Shown here piece by piece: positions 11,818 through 23,807 of a stretch of 64,000 nucleotides of DNA. The stretch spans positions 1 through 64,000 of the forward strand of contig JALMLS010000033.1 of NCBI GenBank assembly GCA_038496445.1, in the 5' to 3' direction. This stretch comes from Trichosphaerium sp. ATCC 40318 (taxonomy: Eukaryota; Protista; Tubulinea). The notes beneath the pieces are model-generated. The model ran no database searches. It saw only the letters and a list, made by a program, of their open reading frames with translations, and was not told the origin of the DNA. A program made the translations under genes and the position numbers. Position 1 is the first letter of the stretch; the number at the start of each line of letters is the position of its first letter.

Positions 11818-14800
11818 ATGGCGTCTAATACGCCAAAAAGGAACGGTAAAAAGAGAAATTCTGATTGGCCTTGTCCGTGCGTAAAACGCGTAGTTACGCC
11901 ATATATGACGCGTCTGGATACTAAAAACAACAAGGGAGTGTAATTTCAGAAACTTTGCGAAAAGAACTGAATGTAAGGACTGTTCAACCAAAAAACCAGA
12001 GAATCTAGCATCTCCTAAGCGCACACCTACTCCTAAACAAAAAAAAACGCCAAATAAAACGCCAAAAACGAGTAAAAACCGTCGGAAAAGCAATAATAAA
12101 CGAGATAGAAGATCAAAACAGAGTACGCTCGATAACATTTTTTGCCATCCGTCACTAAACGTCGATTCAACAAAACCAGCACCCAAGAAAGAAAAAAAAG
12201 GGAATTTCTCTGAGAGGTCTCCAAGACGCAAACAAACGCCTAAAAAACAACTCACAGGCCGTGATGTACATCGTAACAACCTAATGAAAGGACTACATAC
12301 TCTTGAAAGGCTACCACCCGGTACGTTTGCCTATTTTACTCCCAGACACTTATTCGAATGATATTTAGCCATGATAGTCGATTTACAACAGAATGCTGTT
12401 GTTGGCAGTGAAATATCTCTAAAGATTTCTCCAATCAGGAAAACTGATCAAAGTTTCGCAACACAAGCTCTTACTCTCCTTAATGTCACTGTCCAAGATA
12501 AGTTCGGGAATCACCTTAAAATGAACTTGGATTATAAACAAGATGCCATAGAGTTAGTGTATACGTTCAAACCAAGGCGTGTAGGCGTTCATTACTTGAA
12601 AGTGAAATACAGCAGTTTTTGCACAAAACTGCAAAAATTTGAAGTTCACTCGAAAGATGCTCCCTTGAAAGATACCAAACTGTCATCTGTAGAACCAGTG
12701 GTTGATGCAACAGCTCCTGAGAATAAGACTGAGGAAAAAACAGCCAGTAAAGATGAAACCATTGAGAACTCTAAAGTCGAAGACAAAAAAGACAAGGATG
12801 GCACTCCTGAGGTATCAGTTACACCCAGTGCAGCGGATTCTGGTGATAAAAAGGAAAAACCAGAAGATGAAACAAAGAAAGAACCACTACCAAAGCCTAA
12901 GATGTCTACACCAAAAAAAAAGACGCCAAAGTGTCTTTTCTCTTCTCAGCTGAAGCAAGATGAAAAATACTACGGTGTTGTTACTTCTAGCAATATGAAG
13001 AAAGATGTTGCCGTTGGTACTCTTTCTTGTACTGAAAAGAATGTGGCATGTACATTTAGCAATGTTAAGATACCTATTGGTGTTGTAGTATCGTTCAAGA
13101 TGACCGCAGGTGCGAGATTAAATTTGACTCAGTTTTTTTTTCGAAATCGACTAACTTGACTTTACCTTAGATGACGAGCATTTCATGCATGCTGAAGTAA
13201 TCGAATTCACTATTCTTGGAGAAATAGATGAGCTTTCTGCCGATAGCCAAGAAGGTACTTTATTACTATCCACAGAAATAACACCATAAGTCAAACCTTT
13301 ATGGTTCTACGTTAATTCATCTTTCTCATTTTCCATAGGAACTGTTAAGATTTATCCTGATTTCTATCACGCTACTGGAAAGACAGAGGATTACACGTAC
13401 TCTTTTAACCATGAATCTCTTGGTGCACAGCGAGGATCTCTGAGTAAAGGAGATCATGTTGGAATTAATTTTTCTCCTGAACGTGTACGACTCTTTAAAA
13501 CATGCTAGCGAACCGGTTTGTTGAATACTAATATGTTCGTGTAGGTAATTACTGGTTTTGATATACACTCAACGCTACGCTACAGGACTGTAGCTAAATG
13601 CAGCGACACAGAAATCAGATTTCAGTTCAAAACAAATCCGTATAGTTACTCTCCTAGTGTTATAACTCATACTCCTCCTCTGCCTATTATGGAAGGAGAC
13701 GTAGTTCTTGTTCGTATTGACTACATGGCATCTGGTATTAATAATGCTGTGACGTCCCTCAAGGTTCGTTTTTGGAATGAAACACCCCTTGAGTTTGTTG
13801 TTGATTTGTTCTTTGTAGTTGGTATCAAGAACTTGCAATGGCCTTGTTAAAGAAACACCTGTAAAGGAAATATCTTTTAAGACAAGTTATGAATCTCCTA
13901 TTACTTATATGATACCTACAAATGAAGAAACAGAAACAAGACCAGAAGATTTAGTTGTTAAACCGGGTATAGGTTTTTTTGTGTGTAACTAATTTGTGTT
14001 AATTTATTCCTTAGGTCTTCTACTTTGTAATATCGCCACCCCAGAAGATGGTATAGAGCTTTTTGTTAAACGCATACATGATATGAAGGAAATACATAAC
14101 CGCTTAAATACAAGAGAATCAAAAGGAAATATTTGTAACCTCGAGTTGAGTACAGGCAAGAAATCTCCTTTAGTTTATTTTGTCACTCTATCTAACTTGC
14201 ATTACTTGTTTAGAAGAACTCGATAGAGGCATCATGGCCGAAACATCGTTTGAGGGTGCTCCATATATCTCTAAAGAGGTCAAAACTGTACTGAAGGAAT
14301 CTGGTTTCGAGCAAATGACAATTATTCAAGAAAGAAGTATTGAGCCTGCACTTCAAGGAAAAAACCTTGTTGGACAAGCGAAAACTGGTTCTGGAAAGAC
14401 ACTTGCGTTTGTTATTCCTTTGATTGAGTTACTTCTACGTGACAAAGAAGGAGAAGGTTGGTAGTTTTTATTCTTTTTTTTTTGTACAGTTTAAGTTAAC
14501 TGGCTTAAGGAACACTTCGTGCTGTTATTTTGACGCCAACATTCATCCTTGCAAAACAAATCAGAAATGATATAGAGAAACTAATTAGACATATGCCTTT
14601 GGGTGTAGCTTTCCGTGCGTTAGGCATATTTTCTTAGTTCGGGTTTTTTTAATGAGTTACTTTTAGGAAGACCTAGCACCTCTGTAGATATCTTTGTAGG
14701 TCCTCCAAGGAGACTTGCTACTTGGGTAAACGAAGGACGTATGAAAGACATTAAAGTATGCATACTTGATGAAGCAGGTACCTGAAGTCTACAAAACAAA

Positions 14801-17800
14801 CAATGCCTTACTTGTTTTGTAGATATATTGTTGCATCCAAGGGACAGTTTTTTGAGTCATGTAAATACGATATTGAGAAGTACTCCCAAAGGTACACTTA
14901 TTAATTATGCTTATCTGTAATATACTTAAACGGAATTAAGGCTCCCTGAGATGGTTCTTTTCAGCTACAATTACAGATCAAGTCAAAAACTTTGCAGCTG
15001 GGGTATTGTTGTTTACCTTTTCTACTTGATTTGATTTTGACATTCTATTCTCTTAGAGCCAAGGAGATCCTTTAATAATTGACACTCTTGATGCTCAATC
15101 AGAAAAGGGTAGAAAGGAGTGCTATGTAGTATATGATCCAGCAGAAAAAATGCGTATTCTTGTAAATATTTTAAAACGACACATTGCGCATGAAAAGGTA
15201 TGCAACATAGACCTTTTATTCTTTTCACATGTGTTTACTCGGTTTTAGATTGTTGTGTTCTTGAACACACGTTTAGGTGTAGATTACTTTGGAGAGATGC
15301 TAAGGGTTCTAGGATTCACGCATGTATTTATAATGAAGGCGGTAAGTGATGTGAAGATGATTGAGTCCTCTTACGAGACATAAAGACTCGCGTGCTTATA
15401 TTTTGATTTGTAGGGTTCCAAGAGCGATAAAGCATATGTAAAGTTTCATAAGGCTTCTTTTGGTATTCTTATATCTACTGATGCTATAGCTCGCGGTATA
15501 GACTTTCCTGGTGTTGGTATTATCATTCAATATGATGTACCTTTTGATACTCAGGTGACGCCAAAATTTCGTTTTGTCTTGTTGCAAAACTCATAATTTG
15601 CTTAGGAGTATTGTCATCGTATTGGCCGTACTGCACGTGGTGTTAATGGGACTGGTATTGCTATTCTGTTTTTACTATCAACTGAGTTGGCATTCGTTGA
15701 TTTGCTTGAGTCTCAAGTTGACAGGACACTTGTTAGATATGAATATCAGCTTGAAGACGATGATACTTACAAAAAGGTAAGTAGACAAGGATTGACTGTA
15801 TGTAAGCTCATTTCTCTTTTTCAGCTTGCTTTAGCGCATAAACACGTACCTGGGATGGTAGGCATGCGTAGAGATGTTGTTAGTAAAGTGTCATATGCGT
15901 ATACTTTGAGAACATCAAAGATTGCTTTTTTGAAGAGTAACTTGAGGCTTGTTCGAGATTCTTTTCCTTTTGTCAATTGTAAGTTTACCAAATTAAACAA
16001 ACAGCAAGTGGATGAAAAACTAAAGGTACTACAATCACGTGAAGTGCCTTGATGGATTTTTTTTCAACAAAAACAAAATAACAATTTCCTAGGACAACAC
16101 TTTTGCTATTGGAGAAGTTCATTACTCTCCTTCACGAGATCATAAATGGGTGGAATTATCACAAGAGAGTGCATCTATTTTTGGAACTTCACGTGTTGAT
16201 GTGACACGTTATATTTCTCAGCTCTTACACGGTGACACGTATGTTGTTTATTGGTAGTTAAAAACCTTGACTTACAGGTATTTATAGCGTTGCTGTGCAA
16301 GTTTACCAACCTCTCCTGAAGCACCTGTCTGAAGGTATTTATGGAGATATTGTATTTAATATGGGTCAATGTAATAGCAAGTCATCAATTGCTGGTTACA
16401 TACGATCTGGTACGGTTAAATGAATGCTCTACGAGTTACTTATTGTTAACTTTTTTTTTTGACAGACAAAACTTTTGTCCCGCTGAACACTCGGTATCAT
16501 AATATGACAGTTGATTCATTTGATGTTTCTAACCTGGTATGTATTATATTCGTCCTCTTGAAATAGTAGAGATAGCCAAGCCAGAAATTTTATTAACATG
16601 GTTTAATTGTAGAAGAAGAAAAAAATGTTGCTTGGTGTAGCAAAGTTTTTGAAATGGAATGGAGATAAGCCTATTTGCAAAATAATATCAGTATCGGATT
16701 CTGCTAATTTGGAGAATTGTGATCAAATTGAAGAAGTTTTGATGACCACATATGATCTAACAAGAACAGAAGAACTAGAAACTGAAGTACACAAAAAAGT
16801 TCAATCCACATTTTTTCTTATCTTTTACTTAATAGTACCAAAAACTCGAAATCACTGATGACCAGTTGGTTGGAAGAAAAGATTTACGTAAGGCTTGCAT
16901 ATTTACTATCGATCCAGATGTACGTTGTTTTGCTGAGTTAGAACAGTGAAGATTTATCAATCAACTTTTTGCTAACTTTTTCCGTTTCCAAGGGTGCAAA
17001 AGATCTTGATGATGCTCTGAGTATAGAAACGTTAGATGATGGTCGTGTTGTTGTTGGTGTACACATAGCAGATGTATCCCAGTTCATTCCTGTTGACAGC
17101 GAATTGGACAAGATAGCAGCTAAGAGGAGTACTACATTCTATTTACGACAATTTTCAGTTCCAATGTTACCAAGGTATGTTCAATTCAAAAAACACTTTG
17201 TGAAAGGCTAACACGTGTTATTATAGAAAATTTAGTGAGAATCTATGTTCTATTCTTCCTGGCGTTGATAGATTCGCTGTATCAGTGTTTATGACATTTA
17301 AAGGGGTAAGCACGAGAAGAATAGTTTGTGTTCTAATAACTGCTTTAGCGAAAGCTTGAGTCATCCACATTTAGCCGTTCTGTGCTTAATACCTGTGTTC
17401 AACTTACTTATGAAGAAGCTCAGAAGTATCTCAATGATGTACTGTTAAGGCATAATATTTTAATCTAACAAAAGGTTTAGGAAATGGATGTTGTTCCACA
17501 AGAACGAATTCATAATGGTAATTTCTCTTTTTCGTTTCTATGTTTTTTCGGACTTACTTTGTTTTAGGGTTTACGGAAAAGGACCTATCAAAGACCATTA
17601 AAGAGCTAAATGCTATATCCGTGATACTAGGGGACCAGAGAAGGAAGAGAGGCGCATGTACGCTGTCAATGATTGAACGTTCTATTGCTTTTTTTTGACG
17701 TTTTTATAAAGGTGAGTTCCATCGTGTTGAACTTGAGGTTCAACTGGACGAAGAAGGTAAACCATTGGCTTTAAAACCGAAAGATAAAAAAGATGCTGGA

Positions 17801-19181
17801 GAACTAGTGGCACAGGTAAGCAAACAAAAACAGTAACTAACTTTTTTCAATGAAACATTATCTAACATAAAAAATAGTTGATGATTCAAGCCAATTGTGA
17901 AGTAGCTTCAGCGCTTGTTAAATCTCCTCTCGTAAAGCATGGTTCGTGTTTATTACAATATTGTTTTCTTAAGCTATTTGATGAGCAAAGAATCATCTTC
18001 TTACGGTTTTATTGTTTAGCTCTTATTCGTATGCAACCTGGTCCAAAGCAAGATCGATTGTGGCCTATTTTAAGACACACTGCATCTACTTTTGGTATTA
18101 ATGTTATTGGTATGGAAGTTAACGCAGCGATGAGGAAAATTAACGAAGTCCTTCCGAGTGACTTATCCCTACAGTACGATTTGTTTTGTTGATATGTTGT
18201 CTTTTTTTTCTCAATAAGTTGGAACCTATTTAACGTGTTATAGGGCATTTAACTTGTTGATCATGAGGGCATTATCTCCAGCAGCATATGGCTTTGTTGA
18301 GAGTACGTATTCTTATTGCTATGTATTCCTCCATTATCATGAGGATAAGATAACAAACAGCTCGCTAACGAGTTGTATAGCTGATGTTGACTGTGCTCAT
18401 TGGGCTCTTGCTGAACCTCTGTATACTCACTTTACATCGCCTATTAGAAGATATGCTGACTTGATAGTTCACAGATTATTGATCCAAATAATTGAAAACA
18501 AAGAAACAACACGTGCGCTAAACAACAAAAAAGAACAAAACCTTTACATTCTATTTTTCTTACGGTTTTGTATAGAAGCTATTCCATCTTCGCTCGCTCT
18601 TGGACAAGTTTCTCAACGTCTCAATGAGCAAAAGAAGAGTACAAGGGATTTAAGATCAGATTTACAAGAATACCTATGCTACGCATACACTATTAAGCCA
18701 AAACTCCTTCACGCAGTTGTTGTTAAGGTATTTTGATTCTGCTCTTTTTTTTTGTTGACATCTCATGCTGACCTTTTCTTTTTTTTTAGCTCTCCAATAG
18801 CTCCTGTGAGATTATGCTACCTATGTTCGATATGAGACTCACCCTTGGTTTTAAGAAAGCCCTTAAATGTGGTTACTTTGAGCATGATTATAAAACTGAG
18901 GTTGCATACCTCTTCTACAAAGAAAAACCAACAAGTGAAAAGGTAACTCAATCAATGTCTCCTTTTCTTTTTTCACTTTTTTGACATGTCTCAGCACGTG
19001 ATATTTTTGCTAATTGTTTTTCTTTTAGTTCATTGCAGGAGAACCTGACTTCCCATTTGTTGTACCTCTATCAAGGTTCACAGAGTTGAGTATTATGCTT
19101 GAAAGAAAAAACAATAACTTTATTGTTTCTGATGTTGGTTTCTTACGTTTTGGTCCAAGATCTGTTGAAGCTATGAAGTAA
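11818..19181 (+). CDS. Multidomain RNA-processing protein: RanBP2 ZnF - filamin-like repeat - OB/CSD-like folds - DEAD-box helicase - RNB exoribonuclease
   Basis: ZnF DWPCP|[16 protein letters not shown]; filamin-like VTVQDKFGN...[17 protein letters not shown]. Helicase motifs: Q (MTIIQ), I AKTGSGKT, Ia ILTPT, II LDEA|[35 protein letters not shown] region: LLHGDTVAV, IFTIDPD|[44 protein letters not shown]. Stop TAA at 19179-19181. Confidence 0.88.
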
Positions 19182-19954
19182 TACTGTATCTGTAATTTGT
19201 AATTATTTTGTAGATCAATTACCAAAAGCTGTAAACAGTTTGAACAATAAACAATAAATCAATGATTAGAACTGCCTCCATCTGTCATTTGGTTGCTGGC
19301 ATTCTGGATGAGTGCTGATTATAAGTGTGCTCAATATTGTCACTTGATGTTTGATATCATACATGATGTTGTTGGATATGATACAGTATTTTAACAGTCA
19401 GACAGTAGCAGTATCATGAAAAACACAGTATTGTGAGAATTGTGAATAGATTCAAAGGACATCTTTGAAATGTGACAGAAATACTGCTGAGTTCAACAGC
19501 AAGTTTACATCCCTTCGATTATTGTTAGCTGCTTACAAGTTTTTTGATCATGAAAAGAAACGCCTGCTATCAAAATATCACTCTTGTCTATTAGTCTTTG
19601 AGCGTGTCCAATTCATAAAGAAAGTGCTGTAAATTCTTGAAAATAAGAAACAGCTCAAGCCTTGTGAGTTATGAGACAGCGCAAGTGAGTGACTAAAAAT
19701 GTGTCAAGCTTACTTTTATGATAAACTTGCTGGTAAGGAAGTTCAAGTGATCAATACTTGCATGTAGTAGAGTTTTTCCATTCAGTAGAAGCCATGTCAC
19801 TGGACATCCAAGATTACAAGAAAAATACACTAGTTTGACTGAACACAAAAAGGCGGCGTCACCTCAATTCAAAGTGCAAATTCACACCACTTATTGGGTA
19901 TACAAAAAGGGAACAACAAACTCTTTGTTGTTGTAAAGGATTTTCCAACAAAAA

Positions 19955-20330
19955 TTTTTTTTTTTTGGTTTTTTTTTTGTTTTTTTTTTGTTTTTTTTTG
20001 GTTTTTTTTTTTTTACATTCTTGGTTCGCCTTCGAATGCCATTTTTGCTAGATCTATGTCATAGCTGGATATCATTATGATATTTGATACGCCTGTAGGT
20101 GGGTAGTAGAGGTCTTCTACCTGTGGGTCCCAAGTCAGAGCGTATGTGTAGTCTGGTTTGGTATTAACCAAGATGCTTTTAGGGACTGTGACCGTGACTT
20201 TAATCACTAATGGTCTGCCCAGTAGAGAATTGTATTTTTTACGAGCGTACTTTCGCACTGCTCGGAGTAGTCTTGACATGTCAAGCAGAAGTATAGATAT
20301 TATAGTTGTAGTATTCGTATGCTTCCACTA
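19955..20330 (-). mobile_element. Poly(A)-tailed retrotransposed fragment (5'-truncated non-LTR element 3' end or retrocopy)
   Basis: Intronless ORF 20013-20279 whose TAA runs directly into a ~58-nt A-rich tail (T tract 19955-20012 on +). No TSD identified. Confidence 0.6.
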
Positions 20331-21899
20331 GATAAAAAATCGGTTTTGCTTTTAACCAAGTAATTTCTTGTTGCAAAAAAATTGTGGTTTACCACGGTTT
20401 TTGAGAAAACCGGTCCAATGCGTTGTACACATTAATTGAAGCATATTGAGTCCAATCATTAGTAGAAATAAGGATTTCGATGTTGGGATTTAAGATGTGG
20501 AGTTATGAAGTAAATCGAGAGTGGATTGTTGAGAAACAAATGTGAAAAAAAGTGAAATTCGAAAAAAGCTTAAATGCAACTTACAGCAGTTTCTGCGCTC
20601 CTGCGTTGTGTATTCTACGCATATTTTGATACTAGTCTATATTTATAATGGATAGTAAGGCAATGAGAATATGGAGAACCGAGAATTTGCGTAATTAACG
20701 TTTATTTACTAGTGGTATGTTATTAAATGTAAACCAAGGTGTTTTTGTGTTGTTCTTATCCAAAAAAAGGTCGATCTCTCTGTTGTATCTTCTCTCAAGC
20801 TCTCGTCGCTCAAAACATGCCACAATTTTATAATATAAATTAATCATAGCGTCGGTGACGGTTTGAACCAGAAACCTGCCTTTTCGTTCAAAAAAAACGT
20901 GATCGTACCGTTACCGATTTTCTGTTGACTTTGCTCTACAAAACCAGCTTGTATGTAATATTAAGAGTAGTCGCATAACTGTGACCATTGTAACGATTTT
21001 GGCGCTCTTTTAATTCAAATATCATCTGCCTTTCTTTTGTAGATTCTAATTCATTAGCAAGAGCCACAACGCCACCTCTGAGATTCACGATACCTGAAAA
21101 GCTCTTTCTAGCTGGTTCTGCGTCAACGCAGCGATCACAGTTAAAAACTCGTAACCATGGCTCATTAGCTTGTTGTGGCTCGTAGAATATACAAGCGCTT
21201 TCTGTGATCTACATGCTGGCTGGTTTACGCCTTTGGAAACCGTTCACATACTGCCGAGAATATTGCCGCTAATAGACCTTTGGTTCGCTCATAATAGATA
21301 CAATGCCAATGTTCAAAGCCCTTAAGCCTTGTTTCAGATAATGCCACATTGAGCTTGAGATAGCCGTGTAGTTAGATATGTGATTTGTAGTTGATATATC
21401 AGTACGTAAGACGCGAAATGTCTATTGTCGTGTGGGTACGCTACATTCGTCAAGAAACAAAAGAAGAGTTAATAACTTTTACTATTTTAGTGTTGCACAA
21501 TACAGCCTCACGTTCCAGCGTTATCTCCTTTATCAGTCACAGCAGTTCTGCTCAGATTAAAAAATCACACACGTTAGAAACACGCAATTGTATTAGAGTG
21601 TACCTTGCTTTGTTCTCAACAAGTTGTCGATAAGCCAAAGACTTATTCGAAAAGAGGTACATTACTGACATTGACTGGCATCGTAAACAAATCAGAAGTC
21701 TATCACAAAAAGGAGAGCACTCGAGTAGACAAAAATAGCAAGAAGCGCCTTTACAGTCTACTCTGTATTTCGTCAAAAATATTGATCGAAATTTGATTGC
21801 TTTTCCGTTTTTCCACAGTTTAGCCATAGGATCGTTGCTTTTTATAACCCTCCAAAATGTTCAGTTACACACTGCGTTGGAAGCAGCTGCGAAGAGCTC

Positions 21900-22200
21900 C
21901 AGTATCGCTATCAGCGTACCTTTCTTTTCTTCAGTAACAAATAAAGGATGAAATATCTTGCTGGAGTTCATAACATCCCTCCGTGGAACCAGAGTTAATT
22001 GTGAAGATTTAAAGGCACTCTTGGCATTCACATAGTCTTAACTCCACTCTTGTTACATGTGAAAGTACTTTTAGGTGTTCATATGTTTCACTTACATTGC
22101 ACCAGCATAACCAGTGAAGGCATTAGATATCTTGCTCGTGTTCATGCCATTTGTCTTGCTTATACTTCAGTAACAGATGAATGCATAAGTGCTTATATTT
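21900..22200 (+). pseudogene. Degenerate LRR gene fragment
   Basis: Repeat units KYLAGVH..., GVHMFHLHCTSITSEGIRYLARVHAICLAYTSVTDECI; frameshifted. Confidence 0.55.
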
Positions 22201-22551
22201 ATGACAAGACGGTTCTTTTTTTTGCATTTAAATGATAACATTGTATTGTAAGTTAGTGGCAACTCCATTACAACGAAAAAAAAAGTACAGAAACACTGAA
22301 CTCAACTTTTCTCTTCAACAAAAAAAACTACAACAAAGTAATACATATCAGAAATCGTTTATTGAGAATGAACCACAGTTGAGGAACACAAAAAGTTCGA
22401 AACACACGGCGTATCAAACTCTACAGAGCTCCATATTTGAGGTCAAGTATAAGGGGACAATAGGAAGGAACGAAACGAAAGAAGAGCAAAGCAATTAACG
22501 TAGAAACCCTTTCTTCAAGAAAACACTAATGAAATCATCAAATAGCCTTAT

Positions 22552-23258
22552 TTAAAACCATTTAGGGTCGCTTGAGCTCTTACCAGGTTTTCCTTTGCCA
22601 GCGCCACCTTGAGGTCCACGTCCGCCCATACCTGGTCTTTGGTGTCCTCCTGGTCTACCAGACTGTTGAAATCTACCTTGAGACGACTGAGCGGACCTAG
22701 CAGTGTTTCCAGTTGTAGACCTAATAACATTGCCTGTGTTGCCTTGAGGTGGTGAAGGAGCCTTAGGCTTGACTTGTTTTGGAGCTTCAGTAGTCTCAGT
22801 AGCCTTTTTAGCTGCAGGAGCGTCGACTAAAAGAGCCAAGAGTTAACGAGAGAAAGTTTTTTTTGAAGGTTCAAAAAAAATAATGAAATTCTGCCTCTGA
22901 TGAGGACCAACTTGCCTTGTCCAAGTAGTCTTTGGAGTGTCTTAGTGCGCGCTTTCATCTTACGGAGTTCCTCAGCACTTTCGTTCTTGGTAGAAAGCTT
23001 TTTCTTCAATCTGAGCGTAGAAAACGTCTTAGCGGTTAAAAAGATAGCGTGTGGAGTTTAAAATGAAAGATATAGCGTGAATGGCGTCGATAAGCGATAT
23101 TTTATGTTGTCTTGTACCTATCGACTTCTCTTTCTAGTCTAGCGTTCTTTGCGCGCAAAGATTTGCCCTCTAGTATGGCATTAAAGATAGAAATGGCGGT
23201 TTTTTTTGTTTTTCGTTTAGATTGTATACGTACCTTTTAGAATATCACCAATAGTCAT
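22552..23258 (-). CDS. Small basic coiled-coil / low-complexity protein, unknown function
   Basis: Four-exon model MTIGDILK|EGKSLRAKNARLEREVDR|LKKKL...LQRLLGQ|VDAPAAKK...GRGPQGG...DPKWF*; the last intron is GC-AG. Confidence 0.7.
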
Positions 23259-23807
23259 TTTTGAGAGTGGCAATGGTTTCTATTTGCAAAAAAAATAAGC
23301 TGCGCATTCAATTAAAAGCACCACAGGCGGTAGTGGTTAGGCGTTTCACTTGTTTTTATGGCCAAACAAAATAATTGTAGCCGTTAGTGACGCAATATTG
23401 TTTCTCGTACGTCTGCTTCCTCTTGGATGACTTGAGTGTTCTTTCCTGTTGGAGCAACGCTAATAGCAATTAGAGCAAGCTTAGTGATTTTTTTTGCTTA
23501 CGCGTATTTCTTTACTTGCACAGAGGCAGCATATCTTGATCTTCTTTGCGTGCGTGCGCAAGCTGTAGGTCTAGAAAAATACTTAGAAAGCTATTCTTCC
23601 TCTCTAAACAGCGAATTACGACACTATTGTGCTCCCTTTTAACCAATATTTGGATGAAAGCAAATAGCGTCGTCTAAAGAAATAAAAACAGTACCTGGTG
23701 ATGAAGCGGTACATTGTCTGTAGTTTTATCAGTGATTATTCACCCTTTTTTGTTTCATTAAGTCGCGCTCAGGCAGAAAAGTTTCGACGTTTTTTTCACT
23801 TACCAAA

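Noticed and set aside
11806-12279. 157-aa hydrophobic minus-strand ORF
   Set aside because: It is the antisense shadow of the Lys/Pro-rich exon of the helicase-RNB gene.
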